From: Oikopleura dioica
Taxonomy: Eukaryota > Animalia > Chordata
Direction: 5' to 3'
NCBI GenBank assembly: GCA_907165135.1
Contig: OU015567.1
Coordinates: forward strand, 8,556,001 to 8,620,000
Length of the DNA: 64,000 bases
A program made the translations under genes and the position numbers. Numbering within the stretch: the first letter of the stretch is position 1; each line of letters begins with the position of its first letter. Of this stretch, positions 25,001 through 37,000 are shown in pieces. The notes under the pieces were generated by a model. The model did no database searches. It saw only the letters and a program-made list of their open reading frames with translations, and had not been told where the DNA came from.

Positions 25001-28000
25001 CGGTGGCGGGGCGAAGCCGACCCGAAGGGGAAGCCAGTCTCGTTTATTCAATTGAGTCCGTGACGGGGCGAAGCCGACCCGAACGGGAGGCCAGTCTCGT
25101 TTATTCAATTGAGTCAGTGACGAGGCGAAGCCGACCCGAAGGGGAGGTCAGTCTCGTTTATTCAATTGACTCAGTGACGAGGCGAAGCCGACCCGAAGGG
25201 GAGGCCAGTCTCGTTTATTCAATTGAGTCTGTGACGGGGCGAAGCCGACCGGAAGGGAGGCCAGTCTCGTTTATTCAATTCAGTTTGCGACGGGGCGAAG
25301 CCGACCCGAAGGGGAAGCCAGTCTTGTTTATTCGATTGAGTCTGCGACGGGGCGAAGCCGACTCGAAGGGGAGGCCAGTCTCGTTTATTCAATTGAGTCA
25401 GTGACGGGGCGAAGCCGACCCGAAGGGGAGGCCAGTCTCGTTTATTCGAATGAGTTTGCGACGGGGCGAAGCCGATCCGAAGGGGAGGCCAGTCTCGTTT
25501 ATTCGCAGACTTAATTGAATAAACTGGACTGGCCATTCGGATCGACCTGGCCCCGTCCCAGACTGAATTGAATAAACGGAACCGGCCTCCCTAGGGGCGG
25601 CTTGGCCCCGTCGCAAACTCAATTGAATAAACGGAACCGGCCTCCCTAGGGGCGGCTTGGCCCCGTCGCAAACTCAATTGAATAAACGAGACTGGCCTCC
25701 CTTCGGGTCGGCTTCGCCCCGTCGCAAACTGAATTGAATGAACGAGACTGGCCTCCCTTTGGGTCGGCTTCGCCCTGTCACAGACTCAATTGAATAAACG
25801 AGACTGGCCTCCCCTTCGGGTCGGCTTCGCCCCGCCACAGACTCAATTGAATAAACGAGACTGGCCTCCCCTTCGAGTCGGCTTCGTCCCGTCGCAGACT
25901 CAATTAAATAAACGAGACTTTCCTTCCCTACGGGTTAGGGTTATATTTCAGCATTTTGTTGATACTAAGAGCGTGAACCGCTTTGAACCACTGTGAACCG
26001 GGCGGTTAGCCAAGTGATCGAAAATCAGTTTGAAAGACTCTTTTTAGTAGAGAAGCATTTTGATATACATATTTCAATATTTTGTGAATACTCGAGCGTG
26101 AACCGTTCGGAACCGCTGTGAACCGGTCGGTCAACGGAGTGGTTTTGTTTGAAAATCTGTTGGAACTACTTCTTATCAAAAAATATGCATTTTGATATAC
26201 ATATTGCCGGATCTCAATCCATCCAAAGGTTTGGACCGCGACGAACCACCAGAATGACCAGCTGGTTCAAAAAATATCACCTCGATGAATTCAGTGATTA
26301 CTTAGTAGGGTTGGCCAAAAAAAGGGATGGTCCTTTGATTTCCTTAAAACTTTCCTTGATTGTATATTTGGGTCTATAAAATAATATTTTTCAAAAAATT
26401 TGGAAAAAAAATTTTCGGGTACCCATTTTTGGAGGCTTGAAAGTAGCCGAAAAGTGGTTTTTTCTCAATAACTTTTTTCTAGTACCACTTTTCAGAAGTT
26501 TTTCTTTTAGATTTAGATAGAGCTCATCAAGGCGGTCTTTTTGAGCCGTCGGATGAGTCTCTAGCGGTATCGGAAGACACTTTTTTTTTCGTGGAAGGTG
26601 TGAGGAAGAGGGCTAAAATTATAAAAATTTTGTTTTTTATAGTTTTTTAGTGTATTATCAATTTAATCCGCTTTTACAATTTGAAAAACGTTTCGATGCC
26701 CTAAAACATCACCCATGAACCAAGGGGGCCCGGGTTCGAATCCCAGTGAGACCATTTTTTTTTGAACACGCTAATTTTTTCGAGATCAATTATTGGAGTT
26801 TATTGAAGTGTTCAACGGTTTGATTGAACAGTTCTTTCAATGATCTTTTCTTTTTCAACTTTGATTGAATGATTTCTTTGTCCTCTGCAGAAAGCTGTTT
26901 GTTGATATAGCCCAGAACATGACCTCGAAACTGATGAAGTGAAACTTTCACTGGGTAGTTTGGCTGCACAAGCTGTGTGAATGTTTTCAAGCACTGTTTA
27001 TCGTCAGCCTAAAGGAAAAATAATGCATCAGATCGAACTACTATTCAACCTCGTTGATGGGAGACGGCCAAAGCTTATGTTCTGCGATAACGGCTTCAAA
27101 AACTGCCACTTGTGTTCGATTTTTTTTCGCCTTCTTCAATATCGGACAGCATTCTCGCAATAGAATCATTATGGTCGGATCTTCTTCTCTCCGTGATAGA
27201 AGCTTCTTTGGAAGAGGCATTGGCCATGAACTGGCCGAGTTTCTGCTCGAAGTCAGTCTGTCGTCGCCAAAAAGAGAAGGTCATATTGAAGCGACTCATC
27301 ACTGCTTGTTGGAACTTGAACGTGTCCATATTATACTTCGAGGAGAATGAGTCTTTAGCTGATCCGAAGCTTCTCTCGCAGTCCTTATTTAAAGTTATGT
27401 ATTTTGTTGTATGCGGACAAATATAAACCTGATTTGTGAATGATATTTCTTTTGCGAATGGAAAGCTGCATTCATTCACGAAATCGCCGAACCGTTTCTC
27501 AACAGCGTGAAGACGCATTTTGATGCACTCGTCGAGGAACTTGGAGTTCGATGTATCTCCAGAGATTTCCAATACAACATCTTCGAATCCAAGTTCCCAA
27601 GAGGAACTGTCGATTTCTTTCGCCCTTTTCAAAAGGAATAAAGCAGGAGAAGAAGATGAGAGAACATCTTTAAGAACTTGCTTGAAATGCTCCTCAAGAG
27701 ACAGATATTGTTCTGAGTTCATCAGGCCGGACACTTTTGACCAGTAAGGACTCACGATGACGGAATAAACCATCGCCGAGCTGGCGAATTCAATGATCGT
27801 CTGCGCTTTATTGTCTTCCATAACCTTCGCATCGTCAGTGAGAGCGAGCTCGAACCGGATGAAATCGACAATATCGCTGTAGTTTGTTGCGATTCGCTGG
27901 AGATTTCTGGTAAGATTACCAAAACTAAGAAAAATGAATATAACTGTTTTCATCAAGATAAATATACCGAACATGACTTTGCATTTCAAGCGGCTTTGTC

Positions 28001-31000
28001 ACTTTCTGTAGACCATCACGAGATCGAAGGGCTTCAAGATAAATTTTGAGCTTGCTGCCTTGGGAACCATGAAGTCCATGGCTCCTGGAACACGTCAAAT
28101 ATGCTTCACAAAACTGCAAGATATCATCAAAAACGTTCTGGATGCAAGCTCGGATACACTTCTCCATGTGACAGACCTAACGGAATAATTCATTTTCTCG
28201 AAAAATATGTCGCAAACAATTACCTTATGCATCGAGCATTTCAGATGAAGCCTTTCTCTTGGCGTGATTTTATCCAAGGTTTCCATGATAAGCTTGCAGC
28301 TTTTAAGTGCGTTCGCCGCAGAATCGCTCGCTGTCGCCATGCACTACAAAGAGTTTAATGCCGTTTCTGAAACTAAAGAAACCTTTGAAGCGAAATGCTG
28401 CTGAGTTTCGTCTGGAAAACTTGAGAGATAAGACTGAAAGGCTTCGCGGACGGTTTCAGACTTTTCATCAGGAATGGCGACCAGTTGAAAAATATAGCAT
28501 TCTGTTCCGGATCTGATCGTGAATGATTGGAACTTTGTCGAAGCAATTTTTGATCCATCCGCTCCCAAAACAAAGTCATCGCAGTCTCGCAAAACTCGAA
28601 CTAGCTGTTCCTTGTTCATTTCCTCAGTGCAGGTGGCAAGCCGCCTAAGATTTCTGGAGCTGAGTCCTCGCGCCTTCTCTGCAACGACAAATTCCTCCGC
28701 CACTTTTTGCGCCTGAATCGAACTAAACGGCTGTTAAAATTTTTCATTTCTAAGGAAATATCACCTTAGGTTATTCTCACTCATGAGCTTCAAAAGCGAA
28801 AACTTTTCTTTGCTATTCGTCACACTTTCCGCCTTTTCCTCTTCAATTATTTCATCGCTGTAATTGGATGAGGTCGACTCAGCAACAGATTCTGTGTCGG
28901 ACAATATTTCGTGAATGTTCTCATCGACTCGGAGCAGGTCGAGAATTTTTCTTGCATGATGAGCTCGAAAACGAGGAAATTCGCGAATTCGCTTGATAAC
29001 ATCTTCTTTCAACATTGATGAGCTATCAATTTGCGTTTCTTCCACAACTTGAATTGCGGAAGAGGTTTCTTCCGTATTTTCCGACTCTTTCAAGTCCATC
29101 ATATCGTCACAACTCATTGTATGGCTGGTATCCAAAGAAGAGGCCATCGTGTCGTAGTTGGAATCAGTGATCGACATGTTCATAGGTTCTTCGCAAGATT
29201 CGTCCTGATCAGTATTGCTCAACATACTTGAATCGAAGTCGGATTCTGACGAGAAGTCCAACGGTTGATGGGGAACGTACAGCTCGATGTCCTCTTCCTT
29301 TGGAAAAATGAGAAGTTTCTTTGCCAACGCCCGGATATTCCGTTGAAGAAATACTTGACAGTTGAATCCCTTCACAATCAGCTGACGGGCGAGTTTCAAG
29401 CTTCGCGCTTCCAGTTTATCTTTGCTTTCTTTTCGGCGCGATAAAGCGAGCTGTTTGACATCCATTCCCGCATTTTTAGCCAACAAGGCGATTTTCATTG
29501 GTTGCTCGAGAACTGCAGAAGGACCGGCCTTTTTCGAAACAAACGACATTTTTCGCAAACAATGAAGATTTCTGAATAATATCTTTTAAGTTTAAGTTAA
29601 TCACATTTTCTGAATGAACAAAATAATAAGTACGCAAAAATAGATTTAAGAAGTTGAAATAATGAAAAAGAAACCCTTTGCGTGTAAGCAGCACTTACAC
29701 GCATCTTTTACTCACAGAAACCTATAAAATTAGAATAGTCAAATCGCTTAATCCTGTGTGTAAATTGCACTTACACACAGTTTTATTTACGAAAAAATAT
29801 CTATTTTGGGGGATGCGGCGGTAAAAAAAATGAAAAAATGAACAATAGTTGACCACGTGTCTTTCGAAAAAAATGAATCTTCATTTGGAAACAAGCTTCT
29901 CAAAAGACACTTTTGAGGGGTTACCGGTGCCCACCCGGCGACTTCATGCTCGGTCATGCCTTGGTCAAGCAGCGTCCACCGGAGAGAGCACTGTCCTGTG
30001 TCTCCCCAGCTTCTGCCTCCCAAACCGGCTTCCACTCCGCATCCAAAGGATGGCCGTCTCTCGATCGGATCACCATAGGTTGTTCTACCTATGGGGAGGC
30101 CTCCAACCACCGGAGTTACGCGTGTTAGGCGCTTGACCTCAGAGGGAAGGGAGAGATGCCTCCACCTGTGAAAGATATATAATTGTATTCACAGGCTTCT
30201 TAGGCATCCCCCTCAGCAGGAAAAAGTACCTGACGCCGCCGCATCGTCAGGCTTTTCCCTGCTCCGTAGCATGACCGGCGAAGCCGATTTACCGAGGAGG
30301 GTGGTTCTCACTCGTCTCCCACTTAAGGACCTTGGCAGATCGGGGAAGGGTTTAGTCCGGGTCGGGCTGGGGTAGCCTCAGGAGCCAGCGCGGCGTACCC
30401 TGAACCATCTGCCAGTCACCGGCCCGGACAAGGCCTCGTCCCTTCCCGTCGATCCGCCGGGGATCCCCTTTGGCGCCCGACAGCTTCTTCTGGCAAAAGA
30501 TCTGTGGGCGCCCCTTCCTGATCTTGAGTCTTTTTATTTTATTTTCAAATATAAAAACTATTTTATTAATTAATATGATTAAATTAATTTACATGTAAAA
30601 TAAGTAAATAAAAATAAGGGTGTCACTATGTTAATTTTAGGAAGAAATTATGTCTACCTCCTAGAGATTAAAAAAATACTTTTTACTTTCCTCCTCCTCT
30701 TCTTCATCGCCATCTTCCTCCTCAACCTCCTCTATTTCGCCTCCGACTCTCCACGATCCTCACAACCGAATTTTCCCTTCACCAACTTCTCTTCCTCGGC
30801 TGGAATTCTTATGCCAGAATTTCCGCCAATGCCGAGCAGCTAGAGAAAATAGTGCAATTTTCTCTCGGTCTTGCAGACGGCTGGTTAGGGGAATTATTTT
30901 ATTTTATATAATTAATCGATATTTTATTATTAAAAGTAATAAATAAGTAAATTAAGTTGGAACAGTGATGAAAACAATCGACGGAATCGTGCTTTTTCCG

Positions 31001-34000
31001 AACAAAGTGAAGAAAACGCTGGTCCTTTTCTTTCAATTTGATGAAAGATTCATATTTTCAAATAAAAACACATTTTCTGAAGCCTCCTCCAAGTATCCAT
31101 GGCTTGGTGGAGAGTGGTGTTGACCGCTCCACCGGACGTTTTGGGTTCGAATCCCAGCGCCGCAATTTTTTTCAAAGTTTCAAATTTTTTAAGGGGTGAT
31201 AAAAGTATGTTCCGATAACGCTAGGGTATCACAATAAATACAAAAAATGTTTACTTTTATATAAACATTTATTTCGAGAAAAAATGACTGAAAAATCGTT
31301 TTCATTTTTTTGGCCAACCCTATTACTTAGCTTCAAGAAAAGCTATCGATCGTAATCATAGCACGCCTAGAACAAAAGTTCAAATTCTTGAATTCTCGTA
31401 TCTGGTAGTTTCAGTCAACTTCGAGGCGCTAGAAAATCTCAGAGGATACCCAGATCATTTATTTTCCCAGTTATGAGAAGAAAACGCTTTGAAAGCTCCA
31501 ATATACGCCATTGACCATGTTTCTAGCACCTATAAACCAGAAATAATTCTTGGAGATTCCTTTTAAAAACGTGAAATTTTCCATATTTGTCCTGTTTGGA
31601 CATAAGAAAAAATTTTTAAAAAATATTCCCAATAGCTATGCATAAAATTTTTATTGAGGATAAAAGCCAAGTGTCTGTTATATATAAACACCCATTATTG
31701 AGATTGCGGCTTTTAGATTTTTTGAGATAAGGCTGTTTTAATATAGCTATTTAAAGAAAAATATGTCACTTGAAAAGTAAAAGGCGTCGCAACTGTCCTT
31801 ATTTTTCATTTCTGCCTCTGAAATTTGTCTCGCATATATTTTGAACCCTTTACTGCAAATAACAAAGAGAAAATAGCTCATCAGCATTCATTATATATTG
31901 AATTCGATTTTTTAAAGCTTTTTAGCCAAAAAATAGCCATTTTTAGGGCTTTTTAGCCTCTCTGGTGGTTCGTCGCGGTTCAAACCTTTGGATGGATTGA
32001 GATCCGGCAATATGTATATCAAAATGCATATTTTTTGATAAGAAGAAGTTCCAACAGATTTTCAAACAAAACCACTTCGTTGACCGACCGGTTCACAGCG
32101 GTTCAAAACGGTTCACGCTCCGAGTACTCACAAAATATTGAAATATGTATATCAAAATGCTTCTCTACTAAAAAGGAGTTCTTCAAACTGATTTTCGAAC
32201 AGAACCACTTGGCTAACCGCCCGGTTCACAGTGGTTCAAAGCGGTTCACGGCCTGAATACTCACAAAATATTGAAATATGTATATCAAAATGCCTATCTA
32301 CTCAAGAGGACTCTTTAAAACTTACTTTCGAACAGAACCACTTGGCTTACCGCCCGGTTCACAGCGGTTCACGGTCTGAATATTCACAGAATATTGAAAG
32401 ATGTATATGAAAATGCTATTCTACTCAAGAGGAGTCTTTTAAACTGATTAACGAGCCAAACCACTTGGCTAACCGCCCGGTTCAGAGCGGTTAAGAGTGG
32501 TTCACGCTCTAAGTATTCACAAAATGCTGAAATATAAATATCAAAATGTATCTCTAGCTTTAGAAGTCATTTTAACAGATATTCGAACCAAACTACTTGG
32601 CTAAATGACTGGTTCGTCGTGGTTCAAGACAGTTCATCTTCTATTTACAGTCCCATTCATAAAATTGAGTCTGCGACGGGGCGAAGCCGATCCGAAGGAG
32701 AGGCCAGTCTCGTTTATTCAATTGAGTCGGTGGCGGGGCGAAGCCGACCCGAAGGGGAAGCCAGTCTCGTTTATTCAATTGAGTCCGTGACGGGGCGAAG
32801 CCGACCCGAACGGGAGGCCAGTCTCGTTTATTCAATTGAGTCAGTGACGAGGCGAAGCCGACCCGAAGGGGAGGTCAGTCTCGTTTATTCAATTGACTCA
32901 GTGACGAGGCGAAGCCGACCCGAAGGAGGCCAGTCTCGTTTATTCAATTGAGTCTGTGACGGGGCGAAGCCGACCGGAAGGGGAGGCCAGTCTCGTTTAT
33001 TCAATTCAGTTTGCGACGGGGCGAAGCCGACCCGAAGGGAAGCCAGTCTTGTTTATTCGATTGAGTCTGCGACGGGGCGAAGCCGACTCGAAGGGAGGCC
33101 AGTCTCGTTTATTCAATTGAGTCAGTGACGGGGCGAAGCCGACCCGAAGGGGAGGCCAGTCTCGTTTATTCGAATGAGTTTGCGACGGGGCGAAGCCGAT
33201 CCGAAGGGGAGGCCAGTCTCGTTTATTCGCAGACTTAATTGAATAAACTGGACTGGCCATTCGGATCGACCTGGCCCCGTCCCAGACTGAATTGAATAAA
33301 CGGAACCGGCCTCCCTAGGGGCGGCTTGGCCCCGTCGCAAACTCAATTGAATAAACGGAACCGGCCTCCCTAGGGGCGGCTTGGCCCCGTCGCAAACTCA
33401 ATTGAATAAACGAGACTGGCCTCCCTTCGGGTCGGCTTCGCCCCGTCGCAAACTGAATTGAATGAACGAGACTGGCCTCCCTTTGGGTCGGCTTCGCCCT
33501 GTCACAGACTCAATTGAATAAACGAGACTGGCCTCCCTTCGGGTCGGCTTCGCCCCGCCACAGACTCAATTGAATAAACGAGACTGGCTCCCCTTCGAGT
33601 CGGCTTCGTCCCGTCGCAGACTCAATTAAATAAACGAGACTTTCCTTCCCTACGGGTTAGGGTTATATTTCAGCATTTTGTTGATACTAAGAGCGTGAAC
33701 CGCTTTGAACCACTGTGAACCGGGCGGTTAGCCAAGTGATCGAAAATCAGTTTGAAAGACTCTTTTTAGTAGAGAAGCATTTTGATATACATATTTCAAT
33801 ATTTTGTGAATACTCGGAGCGTGAACCGTTCGGAACCGCTGTGAACCGGTCGGTCAACGGAGTGGTTTTGTTTGAAAATCTGTTGGAACTACTTCTTATC
33901 AAAAAATATGCATTTTGATATACATATTGCCGGATCTCAATCCATCCAAAGGTTTGGACCGCGACGAACCACCAGAATGACCAGCTGGTTCAAAAATATC

Positions 34001-37000
34001 ACCTCGATGAATTCAGTGATTACTTAGCTTCAAGAAAAGCTATCGATCGTAATCATAGCACGCCTAGAACAAAAGTTCAAATTCTTGAATTCTCGTATCT
34101 GGTAGTTTCAGTCAACTTCGAGGCGCTAGAAAATCTCAGAGGATACCCAGATCATTTATTTTCCCAGTTATGAGAAGAAAACGCTTTGAAAGCTCCAATA
34201 TACGCCATTGACCATGTTTCTAGCACCTATAAACCAGAAATAATTCTTGGAGATTCCTTTTAAAAACGTGAAATTTTCCATATTTGTCCTGTTTGGACAT
34301 AAGAAAAAAATTTTTAAAAAATATTCCCAATAGCTATGCATAAAATTTTTATTGAGGATAAAAGCCAAGTGTCTGTTATATATAAACACCCATTATTGAG
34401 ATTGCGGCTTTTAGATTTTTTGAGATAAGGCTGTTTTAATATAGCTATTTAAAGAAAAAATATGTCACTTGAAAAGTAAAAGGCGTCGCAACTGTCCTTA
34501 TTTTTCATTTCTGCCTCTGAAATTTGTCTCGCATATATTTTGAACCCTTTACTGCAAATAACAAAGAGAAAATAGCTCATCAGCATTCATTATATATTGA
34601 ATTCGATTTTTTAAAGCTTTTTAGCCAAAAAATAGCCATTTTTAGGGCTTTTTAGCCTCTCTGGTGGTTCGTCGCGGTTCAAACCTTTGGATGGATTGAG
34701 ATCCGGCAATATGTATATCAAAATGCATATTTTTTGATAAGAAGAAGTTCCAACAGATTTTCAAACAAAACCACTTCGTTGACCGACCGGTTCACAGCGG
34801 TTCAAAACGGTTCACGCTCCGAGTACTCACAAAATATTGAAATATGTATATCAAAATGCTTCTCTACTAAAAGGAGTTCTTCAAACTGATTTTCGAACAG
34901 AACCACTTGGCTAACCGCCCGGTTCACAGTGGTTCAAAGCGGTTCACGGCCTGAATACTCACAAAATATTGAAATATGTATATCAAAATGCCTATCTACT
35001 CAAGAGGACTCTTTAAAACTTACTTTCGAACAGAACCACTTGGCTTACCGCCCGGTTCACAGCGGTTCACGGTCTGAATATTCACAGAATATTGAAAGAT
35101 GTATATGAAAATGCTATTCTACTCAAGAGGAGTCTTTTAAACTGATTAACGAGCCAAACCACTTGGCTAACCGCCCGGTTCAGAGCGGTTAAGAGTGGTT
35201 CACGCTCTAAGTATTCACAAAATGCTGAAATATAAATATCAAAATGTATCTCTAGCTTTAGAAGTCATTTTAACAGATATTCGAACCAAACTACTTGGCT
35301 AAATGACTGGTTCGTCGTGGTTCAAGACAGTTCATCTTCTATTTACAGTCCCATTCATAAAATTGAGTCTGCGACGGGGCGAAGCCGATCCGAAGGAGAG
35401 GCCAGTCTCGTTTATTCAATTGAGTCGGTGGCGGGGCGAAGCCGACCCGAAGGGGAAGCCAGTCTCGTTTATTCAATTGAGTCAGTGACGAGGCGAAGCC
35501 GACCCGAACGGGAGGCCAGTCTCGTTTATTCAATTGAGTCAGTGACGAGGCGAAGCCGACCCGAAGGGAGGTCAGTCTCGTTTATTCAATTGAGTCTGTG
35601 ACGGGGCGAAGCCGACCGGAAGGGAGGCCAGTCTCGTTTATTCAATTCAGTTTGCGACGGGGCGAAGCCGACCCGAAGGGAAGCCAGTCTTGTTTATTCG
35701 ATTGAGTCTGCGACGGGGCGAAGCCGACTCGAAGGGAGGCCAGTCTCGTTTATTCAATTGAGTCAGTGACGGGGCGAAGCCGACCCGAAGGGGAGGCCAG
35801 TCTCGTTTATTCGAATGAGTTTGCGACGGGGCGAAGCCGATCCGAAGGGGAGGCCAGTCTCGTTTATTCGCAGACTTAATTGAATAAACTGGACTGGCCA
35901 TTCGGATCGACCTGGCCCCGTCCCAGACTGAATTGAATAAACGGAACCGGCCTCCCCTAGGGGCGGCTTGGCCCCGTCGCAAACTCAATTGAATAAACGG
36001 AACCGGCCTCCCCTAGGGGCGGCTTGGCCCCGTCGCAAACTCAATTGAATAAACGAGACTGGCCTCCCCTTCGGGTCGGCTTCGCCCCGTCGCAAACTGA
36101 ATTGAATGAACGAGACTGGCCTCCCCTTTGGGTCGGCTTCGCCCTGTCACAGACTCAATTGAATAAACGAGACTGGCCTCCCTTCGGGTCGGCTTCGCCC
36201 CGCCACAGACTCAATTGAATAAACGAGACTGGCCTCCCCTTCGAGTCGGCTTCGTCCCGTCGCAGACTCAATTAAATAAACGAGACTTTCCTTCCCTACG
36301 GGTTAGGGTTATATTTCAGCATTTTGTTGATACTAAGAGCGTGAACCGCTTTGAACCACTGTGAACCGGGCGGTTAGCCAAGTGATCGAAAATCAGTTTG
36401 AAAGACTCTTTTTAGTAGAGAAGCATTTTGATATACATATTTCAATATTTTGTGAATACTCGGAGCGTGAACCGTTCGGAACCGCTGTGAACCGGTCGGT
36501 CAACGGAGTGGTTTTGTTTGAAAATCTGTTGGAACTACTTCTTATCAAAAAATATGCATTTTGATATACATATTGCCGGATCTCAATCCATCCAAAGGTT
36601 TGGACCGCGACGAACCACCAGAATGACCAGCTGGTTCAAAAATATCACCTCGATGAATTCAGTGATTACTTAGCTTCAAGAAAAGCTATCGATCGTAATC
36701 ATAGCACGCCTAGAACAAAAGTTCAAATTCTTGAATTCTCGTATCTGGTAGTTTCAGTCAACTTCGAGGCGCTAGAAAATCTCAGAGGATACCCAGATCA
36801 TTTATTTTCCCAGTTATGAGAAGAAAACGCTTTGAAAGCTCCAATATACGCCATTGACCATGTTTCTAGCACCTATAAACCAGAAATAATTCTTGGAGAT
36901 TCCTTTTAAAAACGTGAAATTTTCCATATTTGTCCTGTTTGGACATAAGAAAAAATTTTTAAAAATATTCCCAATAGCTATGCATAAAATTTTTATTGAG

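Larger units (their letters stand above)
26306..31322 (-). mobile_element. hAT-type element 4 (innermost, 5.0 kb, transposase-encoding)
   Basis: 18-bp perfect TIR TAGGGTTGGCCAAAAAAA; perfect TSD TTACTTAG at 26298-26305 and 31323-31330; the empty site (single TTACTTAG) is present in tandem copies 2 and 3. Confidence 0.95.
24115..31398. mobile_element. TA-flanked foldback element (~2.3 kb without its hAT insert) with ~430-bp inverted arms, ~130-bp subrepeats and a 57-bp inverted minisatellite
   Basis: Left arm 24115-~24540 is the reverse complement of 25968-26305 + 31331-31398; both ends abut TA. Confidence 0.7.

Noticed and set aside
25925-25940. GGGTTAGGGTTA as an interstitial telomeric repeat
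   Set aside because: Only two units; compatible with chance.
30210-30310. Hammerhead (CTGACGA), HDV-like (ACCCTCCTCGGT) or SRP (ACGGAGCAGG) motifs in the structured island
   Set aside because: The required partner elements (GAAA core, correct P1/L3/J4-2, GNRA-capped helix 8) were not found.
30343-30356. CTAAACCCT on the minus strand as a telomerase RNA template
   Set aside because: It does not match CUAACCCU without an indel, it is mostly base-paired in the best hairpin, and it lies within rather than 5' of the possible pseudoknot. An Rfam/covariance search would settle it.
24930-36285. 57-bp and 56-bp repeat arrays as CRISPR arrays, and their 19-aa-repeat ORFs as proteins
   Set aside because: No unique spacers, no cas genes and a eukaryotic context; the ORFs arise only because the period is a multiple of 3.
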